A DNA stretch of 33,312 nt, from assembly GCA_007123785.1 (NCBI GenBank), contig SLGL01000480.1, positions 1-33,312 of the forward strand. Direction: 5' to 3'. Origin of the DNA: Balneolaceae bacterium (lineage in GTDB: Bacteria; Bacteroidota; Rhodothermia; Balneolales; Balneolaceae). Of the stretch, positions 10,308-19,862 are shown in pieces (position 1 is the first letter of the stretch; each line of letters opens with the position of its first letter). Below the pieces are notes generated by a model. The model ran no database searches. It was not told where the DNA came from and saw nothing but the letters and a program-made list of their open reading frames with translations. The position numbers and the translations under genes are program-made.

Positions 10308-10478
10308 ATGGCAAAGAAACAGGTATTCGGTGAAGAGGCAAAATCCTTGAAATTTGCCCACCGCAAAATGGCAAAAGTAATTATCTCCTCAAAAAACGAA
10401 CGTGGAAAGTATTCTTTTAAGGAAACGATGGTAGATCAGGATAATGTCACTGATTTTATAAATAAAAATAAAACCTGA
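10308..10478 (+). CDS. DUF4295-family small protein (Bacteroidota ribosomal protein bL38-like)
   Basis: Not in the ORF track. MAKKQVFGEEAKSLKFAHRKMAKVIISSKNERGKYSFKETMVDQDNVTDFINKNKT (56 aa); MAKK start, KVI..GxYSFKE pattern and position after rpmB-rpmG fit the family. Confidence 0.8.
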   Translation: MAKKQVFGEEAKSLKFAHRKMAKVIISSKNERGKYSFKETMVDQDNVTDFINKNKT

Positions 10479-10497
10479 TTGATATTAATTTTTTTCT

Positions 10498-10536
10498 AAA
10501 AAGGTTTCATCTCACTGGGATGAAACCTTTTTTTTT
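10498..10536 (+). terminator. Intrinsic terminator of the rpmB-rpmG-DUF4295 operon
   Basis: AAAAAGGTTTCATC-tcactgg-GATGAAACC followed by a 9-T run. Confidence 0.9.
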
Positions 10537-10660
10537 GAGTAAACTTTGCTAAGATATAAATTTATTTATACTTACAATACTCTCATCTCGTAATGATAAC
10601 TTTGCCTGGAAACTTTTTAATTTTGCAGAGTTTGTTATTATTCATGCTTAGTAAATATCA

Positions 10661-10845
10661 ACCTGAGTTCGAGATAAGTAAGTATGATGCGAAATGGTTA
10701 AATACGTCATAATGAACGCGATTCCGATGGTGCCTTTCCATTGGAATGAAGTCGAAATATGGAGTTTTCGACTTCATTCCGACCAAAAGCGGCCGGAACT
10801 GCGCTCAAACTGACGATGCCCATGATTCTTATATCGAACTCATGT
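10661..10845. mobile_element. 185-bp MITE-like foldback element (alternative: 6S-like ncRNA)
   Basis: 18-bp TIRs ACCTGAGTTCGAGATAAG / CTTATATCGAACTCATGT (16/18 match); TATCA direct repeat at 10656-10660 and 10846-10850; internal perfect 15-bp IR at 10743-10757 / 10766-10780; no transposase. Confidence 0.6.
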
Positions 10846-10890
10846 TATCAGGGAAATCATACAAATGAAAACCTACATAAATAAAGCCCG

Positions 10891-11352
10891 ATGAGTTTAA
10901 AAGAACGTATACTTGATGATTTAAAAACCGCAATGAAAGCCAAAGAAACCGACAAAACCATGGTGCTGCGTTCGGTAAAAGCAAAGATTCTTGAAAAAGA
11001 GATCAGTGAGAGAAAAGGAGGTGAATCTTCACTCAATGATGAACAAATTATCGAAGTTTTGATGAAGGCTGCCAAACAACGAAAGGAATCGATTGAGCAA
11101 TTTCAGGAAGGCGGACGAGAGGAACTCGCAGAAAAAGAAGCCAATGAACTGGAAATCATAGAACGATACCTGCCTGCATTGATGAGCGAAGAGGAAATCC
11201 GCGAAGCTGCACAAAAAGAAATTGAACGACTTGAAATCTCATCAATGGCCGAAATGGGGAAAGTAATGGGTGCCTTAATGGGCAAATTAAAAGGAAAAGC
11301 AGAAGGTTCCGTTATTAGCAAGGTTGTTAAAGAAGAACTCTCAAAAAAATGA
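10891..11352 (+). CDS. GatB/YqeY domain protein
   Basis: MSLKERILDDLKTAMKAK, KQRKESIEQF, YLP, MGKVMG motifs. Confidence 0.93.
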   Translation: MSLKERILDDLKTAMKAKETDKTMVLRSVKAKILEKEISERKGGESSLNDEQIIEVLMKAAKQRKESIEQFQEGGREELAEKEANELEIIERYLPALMSEEEIREAAQKEIERLEISSMAEMGKVMGALMGKLKGKAEGSVISKVVKEELSKK

Positions 11353-11353
11353 A

Positions 11354-11923
11354 ATGAATCTGGTAGATCTGTTTATTCTGTTCCCGATCGGATATTTTGC
11401 CTTCAGAGGTTTCAGAAACGGATTTATTCAGGAATTTTTCAGCATTGCAGGTATCATCATAGCTGTATTCGTTACATTTAAATACATGAGGCCGGTTTCC
11501 GGTTTTGCCCGACCTTTTATAGACAACCCTGATTCAGCCGCCATTGTAGCAGGAATTGTTATTTTTATTTTTACTTTGGCAGCGATACAGATGGTAGCCT
11601 ATTGGCTTGAATCTATATTTAGAGTAATTCGCCTTAGTATTATTAATCAGGCAGCAGGCTCGGTTTTCGGTGCATTAAAATCTGCAATTGTGGTGAGTGC
11701 AACCTTGTTGCTTCTCGCGGGTTTTAATCTTCCAGGTGAAGAAAGCAGAAAGGCCTCGACTACTTACCCCATAGTTATTTATATTGCTCCGGCCGCTTAT
11801 AATGCGGTTGCCATACTCTACCCCGGCACCGAAGATTTTATCCAAACCATTGAAAAATCCATCAGGGAAAGTAATACACTGCGTTCCCTTCCAATTTTTG
11901 AAAAAATAGATCTGAATTCATGA
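11354..11923 (+). CDS. CvpA (colicin V production) family membrane protein
   Basis: MNLVD..GFRNGFIQE..INQAAGSVFG pattern; start moved to ATG at 11354, just after the yqeY stop. Confidence 0.85.
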   Translation: MNLVDLFILFPIGYFAFRGFRNGFIQEFFSIAGIIIAVFVTFKYMRPVSGFARPFIDNPDSAAIVAGIVIFIFTLAAIQMVAYWLESIFRVIRLSIINQAAGSVFGALKSAIVVSATLLLLAGFNLPGEESRKASTTYPIVIYIAPAAYNAVAILYPGTEDFIQTIEKSIRESNTLRSLPIFEKIDLNS

Positions 11924-13134
11924 GTTTTTTACCGGTTAAAGAACAACTAACCGTCATAAAAAGAGGTACAACAGAAATTGTACCCGAAGAAGAATTAATT
12001 GAAAAAATTAAAAAATCCAGGACAGAGAACCGTCCGCTTAAAATCAAGCTTGGCGTTGACCCCACCCGTCCCGACCTGCACCTGGGGCACTCGGTAATAC
12101 TGAGAAAACTTCGTCAGTTCCAGGACCTCGGCCATGAGGCGATTCTTATCATTGGTGGATTTACAGCCAAAATTGGTGATCCGTCAGGCCAGAATAAAGC
12201 CCGGCCGCCGCTCTCTGCAGATGAGGTTCAGAAAAATGCCGAAACCTATGTAAACCAGGCCTGGAAAATTCTCGACAAGAGCAAAACCACTATCGTCAAC
12301 AACAACGACTGGCTGGGACCGATAACATTCATGGATGTAATTCGGCTCGCATCCAACCTGACGGTTGCACGTATGATAGAACGGGATGACTTCTCAAAGA
12401 GATATCAGAATAACGAGCCGATTTCTCTGCATGAATTTTTATACCCACTGGCACAGGGACAGGACTCGGTACACCTAAAATCAGATGTAGAGCTTGGAGG
12501 TACCGATCAAAAATTTAACCTTCTTGTAGGACGCGACCTTCAGAAAGCGAACGGACAAAAACCGCAGATTTGTCTGATGATGCCTCTGCTCGTTGGAACC
12601 GACGGAAAAATGAAAATGAGTAAGTCGTATGATAACTACATCGGCATTGATGAACCTGCTAATGAGATGTACGGAAAATCGCTCTCTATTCCTGATGAGC
12701 AGATCTATCCCTATTTCGAACTGGTGACCGATGTACCCGTTGAAGATCTGCCCGCATTGAAAAAGAAAGCGCAGCAGGACCCGCGCAATACGAAACATGA
12801 ACTGGCATTTACTATCACGCGGATGTATCATGGAGATCAGGCAGCCAAAGACGCACGCATACATTTTGAAAAAACAGTCATCCAGAAAGATATTCCTGAT
12901 GATGCCCCGATTCTTGAATTTAAGGAAGGAACCGAACACCGTCTGATGGACATCATCTCTGATGCTGGTCTCACATCGAGCAATGGTGAAACCAAACGGA
13001 TGATGAAGCAGGGCGGAGTGAGTGTGGATGATAAAAAAATAAAAGACCCGAATTTTTCCATCACATTCGCGACAGGGGATCAAATAAACCTGAAAGTTGG
13101 AAAGAGAAATTTTGCAATATTAAAGGCCGGATAA
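11920..13134 (+). CDS. tyrS: Tyrosine--tRNA ligase
   Basis: GVDPT..DLHLGH (HIGH), YPLAQGQD, GGTDQKFN, KMSKS, C-terminal S4 domain; ATGA overlap with cvpA. Confidence 0.98.
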   Translation: MSFLPVKEQLTVIKRGTTEIVPEEELIEKIKKSRTENRPLKIKLGVDPTRPDLHLGHSVILRKLRQFQDLGHEAILIIGGFTAKIGDPSGQNKARPPLSADEVQKNAETYVNQAWKILDKSKTTIVNNNDWLGPITFMDVIRLASNLTVARMIERDDFSKRYQNNEPISLHEFLYPLAQGQDSVHLKSDVELGGTDQKFNLLVGRDLQKANGQKPQICLMMPLLVGTDGKMKMSKSYDNYIGIDEPANEMYGKSLSIPDEQIYPYFELVTDVPVEDLPALKKKAQQDPRNTKHELAFTITRMYHGDQAAKDARIHFEKTVIQKDIPDDAPILEFKEGTEHRLMDIISDAGLTSSNGETKRMMKQGGVSVDDKKIKDPNFSITFATGDQINLKVGKRNFAILKAG

Positions 13135-13202
13135 TTTAGTACCATTGTTTGGCGAAGCTCTATATATTGTGCATTCTATTGTATGCTGAACAATTTTTTT
13201 AT

Positions 13203-13655
13203 ATGGGAACAAATTTCTCTGGCACCGAATCTGAAAAAAACACGCTGAACGCCTTCATTAAACTGATGCGGGCCACTGAATCGATTAATAACAGACTGAA
13301 CCGCCATTTAGCTGAGGCTGATTTGACTGTTAGCCAGTTCGGCACCCTGGAAGCACTCTATCACCTTGGCCCGCTTAATCAGCGAACTATCGGTGAAAAA
13401 CTACTTAAAAGCGGTGGTAACATAACGATGGTGATCGATAACCTGGAAAAGTGCGGTTACGTTACAAGACGAAAAGATCCTGATGACCGCCGGGCTGTTC
13501 TGATTCATCTTACCCCGGAAGGCAAACGGTTCATCAAAAACTTTTTCCCAAAGCACCTCGATAGAATCAAAAAAGAGTTCAGTGTTTTATCCGAGAAAGA
13601 AAAAGAAACACTGGCTGATCTTTGTAAAAAACTGGGCCTGAGAGAAAACGATTAA
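13203..13655 (+). CDS. MarR family transcriptional regulator
   Basis: LTVSQF..L, GNITMVIDNLEK.GYV.R..DPDDRR..LT.EG; ATG at 13203 preferred over the upstream TTG. Confidence 0.92.
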   Translation: MGTNFSGTESEKNTLNAFIKLMRATESINNRLNRHLAEADLTVSQFGTLEALYHLGPLNQRTIGEKLLKSGGNITMVIDNLEKCGYVTRRKDPDDRRAVLIHLTPEGKRFIKNFFPKHLDRIKKEFSVLSEKEKETLADLCKKLGLREND

Positions 13656-13678
13656 TCTTCACTCATCAGAAAAAAACT

Positions 13679-14902
13679 TCAAACCCAGGGACTCTGGTCA
13701 CTTGCCGATGCAATTTTAGCCGCATCGATGGCAATCACCAGCTCTTCGTTAGTGGGCACTACGTAAATATCAGTTCTTGAACTATCTGAACTGATCTTCT
13801 CAATTCTTCCCGGTTTTACATTCTCGTTTCGTTCATCATCTATTTCAATACCGAGAATATCCAGATTTTCCATCGATTTTTTTCGGATCAGCGCAGAATT
13901 TTCTCCGATTCCCGCCGTAAAGAGAATGGCATCACACCCATTGAGTGTAGCAATGTACGAACCCACATATTTTTTGATATTGTAACAAAACACATCAATT
14001 GCCTGCTGGCAGCGCCTGTCACCGTTGTTAGCCTCGGCAATCAGGTCTCGCATATCGCTGGCATATCCGCTCAGTCCCAGAAGTCCGCTGTGCCGATTCA
14101 GCATGGCATGCAGGCTGTTCAGCGGCAACTCCTCTTTTTCCACGATATAAAACAGAATTGAAGGGTCCAGATCCCCGCTGCGGGTGCCCATTACCATGCC
14201 GGAAAGGGGTGTAAAACCCATTGAGGTATCTACCGAGTCCCCGCCCCGGATCGCTGCAATTGATGCACCGTTACCCAGATGGCAAGTGATAACTTTGGTA
14301 TCTTTTTTGTGTTTGTCGGTCAGTTTATAATACTGGCGGCTCACAAAATAGTGTGAGGTTCCGTGGAATCCATATCGCCGGATTTTGTGCCTGCGGTAAA
14401 GCCGGTTCGGAATTCCGTAAAGGTACGCGTAAGCTGGCAGTGAATGGTGGAAAGCGGTATCAAAAACTGCCACGTGAGGAACATCCGGAAGGCGTTCTTC
14501 TGCCGCCTGAATACCTTTCAAGTTGGGAGGGTTGTGAAGCGGAGCCAGATCAAATGCCTGCTCTATAGCATCTTTCACTACATTGTCAATCAGCACGGAA
14601 TCTTTGAACATCTCCCCGCCATGCACCACTCGATGTCCCACAGCTTTGATATCGGAAGGGGAGGAAATAAGACTGCTTTCCGGGCTAAGCAGATAGTTCA
14701 TAATTTCAAGAAGGGCCTCACTGTGATTCGAAATCACTTTAGTATCTTTCAGATAATCACCTTCCGCAGGCTGATGTTTTACAATGGATGTAACCGCACC
14801 AATTCGTTCTACAATTCCACTACAAACTTCCGATTCTCCCTCGGTTTCAATCAGGTTATACTTTACAGACGAACTGCCACAGTTTATTACAAGTACCAGC
14901 AT
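13679..14902 (-). CDS. ackA: Acetate kinase
   Basis: VINCGSSS, GHRVVHGG, APLHNP, FDTAFH, HGTSH, CHLGNGAS, TRSGD, TAGIGEN, TNEE. Confidence 0.97.
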   Translation of the reverse strand: MLVLVINCGSSSVKYNLIETEGESEVCSGIVERIGAVTSIVKHQPAEGDYLKDTKVISNHSEALLEIMNYLLSPESSLISSPSDIKAVGHRVVHGGEMFKDSVLIDNVVKDAIEQAFDLAPLHNPPNLKGIQAAEERLPDVPHVAVFDTAFHHSLPAYAYLYGIPNRLYRRHKIRRYGFHGTSHYFVSRQYYKLTDKHKKDTKVITCHLGNGASIAAIRGGDSVDTSMGFTPLSGMVMGTRSGDLDPSILFYIVEKEELPLNSLHAMLNRHSGLLGLSGYASDMRDLIAEANNGDRRCQQAIDVFCYNIKKYVGSYIATLNGCDAILFTAGIGENSALIRKKSMENLDILGIEIDDERNENVKPGRIEKISSDSSRTDIYVVPTNEELVIAIDAAKIASASDQSPWV

Positions 14903-14973
14903 GTTATTAGTTGAGTCATGTTTTAAATTGATTTATCTCAGAATATATCCAAACAATAAAAAGAAGTAATGAA

Positions 14974-15222
14974 TTAAAATCGATCTTCTTTATTCCGTTC
15001 AGCCCTGATGATGGGACGCAGGATATGATCCAGCCCGTTTGTTCTTATTTCGAACATTGTAGAGAGATACTGGCCCAGTGCTCCTTTCGGATAACCTTTT
15101 CTCCCGAACCACTCCAGATAATGAAGAGGCAGATCAGTAATATACCAGCCTTTGTATCGGCCGTATGGCATTTTTGCTCGCACAAGTTTAAAAAGAAATG
15201 TCCTGTCGAATGAAACGTTCAT
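14974..15222 (-). CDS. DUF3820 family small protein
   Basis: MPYGRYKG..DLP..YLEWF..KGYPKG.LG..EIRTNGL pattern. Confidence 0.85.
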   Translation of the reverse strand: MNVSFDRTFLFKLVRAKMPYGRYKGWYITDLPLHYLEWFGRKGYPKGALGQYLSTMFEIRTNGLDHILRPIIRAERNKEDRF

Positions 15223-15313
15223 CTAATTTAAGATAAATAATAAGGCTTGGTTCAGAAAAGTATTATTTTTCAACCAGAAAAATGCATTTAAACAGATTTA
15301 CAGACTTCGATTT

Positions 15314-17206
15314 ATGACCTATCTCTCCGTAGAAAACCTGTCCAAAAGTTTTGGAATGACACCGCTATTTGAAAATATCACTTTTGGCATATCAAAAGGT
15401 GATAAAACCGCACTTGTAGCGCAGAACGGGACCGGTAAGTCCACACTACTCAGAATACTGGCCGGAAAAGAGACCCAGGACAATGGCCGGGTGATGGTAC
15501 AAAACAAGGTTGATATTGGCTACCTTGAACAAGAACCGGAACTGGATCCCTCATTCACCATTCGTGAATTTATTTCGCAGGGAAATTCCGGAATGATAGA
15601 AATTGTACAGGAATATGAGAGAGCTGTATCAGCCCAGGCAGAAAATTTTAATGAGAGCACCCAGGAAGCCTTTATGAAAGCTACTTCTGCTATGGACAGA
15701 GCCAATGCGTGGGATTACGAGCAGCGAATGGAACAAATTTTAGGCAGGCTGAATATTCATGATCTGGATCAACCGATATCAACACTTTCGGGAGGAGAGC
15801 GAAAACGGGTAGCCCTCGCTTTTGTACTTCTGGATCAGCCTGACCTGCTTCTTTTAGATGAACCAACCAACCACCTGGATGTCGAAATGATCGAATGGCT
15901 GGAAGCCTACCTCGCCAAAAGCAACATCACACTTTTCATGGTAACGCACGACCGCTATTTCCTCGACCGGGTCTGCAATCACATCATAGAAATGGAAGAC
16001 AGCCAATTGTATCATCATAAAGGTAATTACAGCTATTTTTTACAGAAACGAGCCGAGCGGGAGGAGATCGAAAAAACAGAAACTGCAAAAGCCGGCCAGC
16101 TTCTGAAAAAAGAGCTGGAGTGGATGCGCCGCCAGCCCAAAGCACGCACATCAAAATCAAAATCGAGGATTGATGCTTTTTATGAAATAAAGGATCAGGC
16201 ATCGCAGGGCAGGCAGGAGAGCGAGATTGAACTAAATGTTTCGATGAAACGAATGGGCGGTCAGATCCTGGAACTGGAAACGATTTCCAAAGAGTTCGGT
16301 GATACAGTTATCCTGGATGATTTCAGTTACTCTTTCAAGAAAGGGGAGAAAGTCGGCATTATCGGAAAAAACGGAGTGGGAAAGAGCACTTTTTTGAAAA
16401 TTATAACCGGTGAAGAAAAACCCGATTCGGGCGATGTAAAAACGGGCATGACCATCGAATACGGTCACTATCGGCAGGATGGTATTCATTTCGATGAAGA
16501 GATGAGAGTGATTGACGTGATCAAAGAAGTGGCGGAGGTGATCGAACTGGCAGATGGAAATCGGGTATCAGCATCCAAATTTCTTGAGCATTTTATGTTC
16601 ACACCGGAAATGCAGTATACACCAGTTCATAAATTGAGCGGTGGAGAAAAACGGCGTCTCGGTCTGATGATGGTACTTGTCAAAAATCCCAATTTTTTAA
16701 TCCTGGACGAACCGACCAATGACCTCGATCTCCCCACCTTGCAAAAGCTGGAAGAGTTCCTGGAAAATTTTGGCGGATGCCTGATAGTTGTCTCTCACGA
16801 TCGCTTTTTTATGGACAAACTGGTACAGCACTATTTTGTGTTTGAAGGAGACGGGGTTATTTACGACCACCATGGCACTTATATGGAGTATCGGCAGATG
16901 AGGGTTAATGAGGAAACCGAACAGAAAAAAAAGGGAAAAACGAAGAGTGAACCCAGGAAAGTGAATAAAAAACCTGCCCGTAAAAAGGAATCTGATGTAC
17001 TCTCATTTCAAGAACGAAAAGAATTCGGCAAACTGGAAAAAGAGATTCAAACACTCGAAGAGGAAAAATCACAAATTGAAAGTGCCCTTTCCAGCGGCAA
17101 GCTCTCACCCGAAGAGCTCCGGGAGGAGTCGGAACGCTATGGAGAACTCTCAGATTTGATCGATAAGAAAACCATGATATGGCTTGAATTGGCAGAAAAA
17201 GAGTAA
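15314..17206 (+). CDS. ABC-F family ATPase (Uup-like)
   Basis: Two NBDs (NGTGKST and NGVGKST, LSGGE, LDEPTN, HDR), linker WMRRQPKARTSK, C-terminal coiled coil, no TM segments. Confidence 0.93.
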   Translation: MTYLSVENLSKSFGMTPLFENITFGISKGDKTALVAQNGTGKSTLLRILAGKETQDNGRVMVQNKVDIGYLEQEPELDPSFTIREFISQGNSGMIEIVQEYERAVSAQAENFNESTQEAFMKATSAMDRANAWDYEQRMEQILGRLNIHDLDQPISTLSGGERKRVALAFVLLDQPDLLLLDEPTNHLDVEMIEWLEAYLAKSNITLFMVTHDRYFLDRVCNHIIEMEDSQLYHHKGNYSYFLQKRAEREEIEKTETAKAGQLLKKELEWMRRQPKARTSKSKSRIDAFYEIKDQASQGRQESEIELNVSMKRMGGQILELETISKEFGDTVILDDFSYSFKKGEKVGIIGKNGVGKSTFLKIITGEEKPDSGDVKTGMTIEYGHYRQDGIHFDEEMRVIDVIKEVAEVIELADGNRVSASKFLEHFMFTPEMQYTPVHKLSGGEKRRLGLMMVLVKNPNFLILDEPTNDLDLPTLQKLEEFLENFGGCLIVVSHDRFFMDKLVQHYFVFEGDGVIYDHHGTYMEYRQMRVNEETEQKKKGKTKSEPRKVNKKPARKKESDVLSFQERKEFGKLEKEIQTLEEEKSQIESALSSGKLSPEELREESERYGELSDLIDKKTMIWLELAEKE

Positions 17207-17209
17207 TTT

Positions 17210-17247
17210 AAAAAAAGAAACCCGCCCGGTTTAAAAACCTGGCGGGT
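17210..17247 (-). terminator. Intrinsic terminator between convergent genes, oriented for the minus strand
   Basis: ACCCGCC-c-GGTTT-aa-AAACC-t-GGCGGGT stem preceded on + by an A tract (U tract on -). Confidence 0.75.
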
Positions 17248-17262
17248 AATAGTTGATTAAAA

Positions 17263-18390
17263 TCAAAAACGAAATTCTGCCGCAACGGTAGAATGTATTG
17301 GCATCTCTTCTTTTGGCAGAATATAAACCTTGCTGCCGGTTTTAAATGCTGTGATGGAAAGCCAGTTCAGCAACTCCACATCATCGTTTTTGGGCTGGCT
17401 GCTGTAATGAACCGTATGATTCTCGGCATCATAAACGCCCCATTTTTTTTCACCCTTTGAAATAAAAATGGTTTGAGATTTACCCATCACAGTGGCTTCA
17501 ACAATTTCACCCAGATTGTTCGAAACTTTATCATCTGTACTTTTCGCAAATTTATCCAGTGAGTTATACATATCACTCAAAAAATACTCACGAACAACAT
17601 CCCAACCTTTCTCTTTCAGCTCCTTGTCGGAGAGCTCATCCGGATTGTGTTTCACTTTTGTATTAACCGTGCGCTTATACGTGTTTACTTTTCTGTAAAG
17701 GCCGGTATTTTCAACAAGGCCGACCAGGATAAGAGGATCACTAATCGATTTGAGTGTTTTTGTTATCTCTTTTTCGATTTCACGATAGTACTGTTCTACT
17801 ACAACCATCTTATCCTCTTCGTTAGCATTGTGACCAAAAAACACCGCGGCCTGGCCACTGGCACCTGTGTGGAACTGAAGCTGCTTTTCCGGATCAATTT
17901 CGAGATAGTCTGAAATAGAAGTAGGTATTTCTGACGGTGTGATATCCTGCACTGTGTTGCGGGTACATCGAAGCAGGCGGATATTCTGGCGGCTCACAGA
18001 TAGCACACCAAAGGTACCGTCCATACTGGTCATAGGCAAAAGCGGAGTAATCAGGAAATGATCTCCCACAAATACCTGCTCGTCAACATCATAGGGAAGT
18101 TTATGAATTTCAAATTTATCTTCGGTCAGGTAAACAGCCAGGCCTTTATCCAGATGAGACCAAAACAAAGGTTTCTCCAGCAGTTCTTTTGCTGGTTTCA
18201 ACAATTTTTCTGAAAATCCGTTTTTCTTAACTTTTTCATTTACTTTTGATGAAGCTTCTGCGATCAGGTTTTTAAATCGAATTGGGTCTTGTTTTGATTC
18301 TTCTCCTTTTTTATGAGTTGGCAAAGTTATGGTGACAGAAAGGTCACTTTTATGATCGATGAGTTCTTGGATTGTTTTTTCGCTTACCAT
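17263..18390 (-). CDS. Bacterial archaeo-eukaryotic release factor (baeRF3/baeRF7)-like protein
   Basis: S.TLPTH..G...QDPIRFKNL, FW..L.KGLAVY, F.ITPLLP, LQFHTG, C-terminal L7Ae-like end (GSKVYILPKEEMP...AAEFRF); GGAGG at 18401-18405. Confidence 0.75.
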   Translation of the reverse strand: MVSEKTIQELIDHKSDLSVTITLPTHKKGEESKQDPIRFKNLIAEASSKVNEKVKKNGFSEKLLKPAKELLEKPLFWSHLDKGLAVYLTEDKFEIHKLPYDVDEQVFVGDHFLITPLLPMTSMDGTFGVLSVSRQNIRLLRCTRNTVQDITPSEIPTSISDYLEIDPEKQLQFHTGASGQAAVFFGHNANEEDKMVVVEQYYREIEKEITKTLKSISDPLILVGLVENTGLYRKVNTYKRTVNTKVKHNPDELSDKELKEKGWDVVREYFLSDMYNSLDKFAKSTDDKVSNNLGEIVEATVMGKSQTIFISKGEKKWGVYDAENHTVHYSSQPKNDDVELLNWLSITAFKTGSKVYILPKEEMPIHSTVAAEFRF

Positions 18391-18595
18391 CCTTTAAAAA
18401 CCTCCATTTTATATATTAGTTAGTACTTCTTTAAAATAAAAAAAATCTGAGTCGAAATGTTCCATTTTGAATCGTTGATTTGGATTTAAGGAAGATAAAT
18501 AAGTTATTCTTACCCTGGTAAATTAATGAGATCAACTTGCTATAATAATAACCATCAATAAGTCGTGTGATTGTAAAAGCTTTTAGCCTGAAATA

Positions 18596-19852
18596 ATGAG
18601 ATCATCTACACTACAGGGAATTAAATACAGTTTGGGACCGGGAATCATAATGGCTGCCGCAGCGATAGGCGTTTCTCATTTGGTTCAATCAACCCGTGCG
18701 GGAGCTGAGTTTGGGTTTGCACTGGTTTGGGCAGTAGTACTTGCAAATTTTTTCAAATATCCATTTCTCGAGTTCGGCCCTCGTTATGCCCTCGCCACAG
18801 GCAAAAATATGATAGAAGGTTATGCAGGTATGGGTCAATGGGCGCTCTGGGTTTTCAATATTTTTACAGTTAGCACCATGTTTGCCGTACATGCTGCTGT
18901 AACCATGGTAACTGCAAGCCTTGCCACCAATCTCACCGGGATAGATCTTCCTGTCCTTTTATGGAGCGCCATCATTCTCCTGTTCTCCGTTTTATATCTT
19001 GTGAGAAACACCTATGCATTGCTCGATAAAGCGATTAAAATACTGATGATTGTCCTTGCATTTTCGACCATAACAGCAATGATTCTCGCATTTCTGAACA
19101 TAGGCTACACACCAAAACCCGATTTTCTCGCACCCGATGTGTGGACCGTTTCCGGTGTAGCGTTTTTGATTGCACTCATGGGCTGGATGCCAATTCCCAT
19201 TGATGCCTCTGCATGGCAGTCGATCTGGACAGTGGAACGAATAAAGCAAACCGGTTACAAACCCAAACTCAGTGAAGTGCTCTTCGATTTCAACCTGGGA
19301 TATATAGGGGCGGCTGTCATTGCCCTTTCGTTCCTTACACTTGGCGCCCTGGTGATGTACGGCTCTGGGGAGGATTTTGCAGCAAGCGCGGCCGGTTTTT
19401 CAAATCAGCTTATAGAGCTTTACACGGTTGCACTGGGTGAGTGGGCTTATTTCATCATTGTTATCTGTGCATTCACCACAATGTTCAGTACCACACTAAC
19501 GGTGACCGACACCTATCCGCGAGTGGTAAACCAAATGATTTTTGTAACCAGGGATGGCAAAAAACCAGACGAAAACCGTTCTGTATATGCCTATCTCCTG
19601 GTGGGCATCAGTGCAGGCACTCTTATTTTACTGTTTGTTTTAGGAGATCAGTTTCGATTTTTAATTGATCTTGCAACCACTCTCTCTTTTCTGGCAGCCC
19701 CAGTTCTGGCATTTATGAATCATAAACTGATCCATCGGCCCGAAGTTGAAGAATCGTTCAGGCCCAAAAAATGGTTATATTGGCTGAGCGTATCGGGCAT
19801 CACCTTTCTTTCGGTTTTTGCTCTGATATATCTTTACTGGATGCTGATTTAA
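18596..19852 (+). CDS. NRAMP-family (MntH-related) permease
   Basis: GPGIIMAAAAIGVSHLVQSTRAGA, KYPFLEFGPRY, LMGWMP, TMFSTT; about 11 hydrophobic segments. Confidence 0.82.
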   Translation: MRSSTLQGIKYSLGPGIIMAAAAIGVSHLVQSTRAGAEFGFALVWAVVLANFFKYPFLEFGPRYALATGKNMIEGYAGMGQWALWVFNIFTVSTMFAVHAAVTMVTASLATNLTGIDLPVLLWSAIILLFSVLYLVRNTYALLDKAIKILMIVLAFSTITAMILAFLNIGYTPKPDFLAPDVWTVSGVAFLIALMGWMPIPIDASAWQSIWTVERIKQTGYKPKLSEVLFDFNLGYIGAAVIALSFLTLGALVMYGSGEDFAASAAGFSNQLIELYTVALGEWAYFIIVICAFTTMFSTTLTVTDTYPRVVNQMIFVTRDGKKPDENRSVYAYLLVGISAGTLILLFVLGDQFRFLIDLATTLSFLAAPVLAFMNHKLIHRPEVEESFRPKKWLYWLSVSGITFLSVFALIYLYWMLI

Positions 19853-19862
19853 CTTACTGTAT

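Noticed and set aside
10654-10850. Integron attC site, tRNA (GTTCGA) or T-box reading of the foldback element
   Set aside because: The ends do not match RYYYAAC/GTTRRRY and there is no extrahelical base or integrase; no cloverleaf; no T-box consensus, and tyrS is two genes away.
11324-11353. Upstream start for cvpA in the ORF track (similarly 13149 for marR and 26840 for the hydrolase)
   Set aside because: Downstream ATGs (11354, 13203, 26888) match the family N-termini or signal peptide better.
13679-14902. ackA without adjacent pta
   Set aside because: Unlinked pta is common and cannot be judged from one window.
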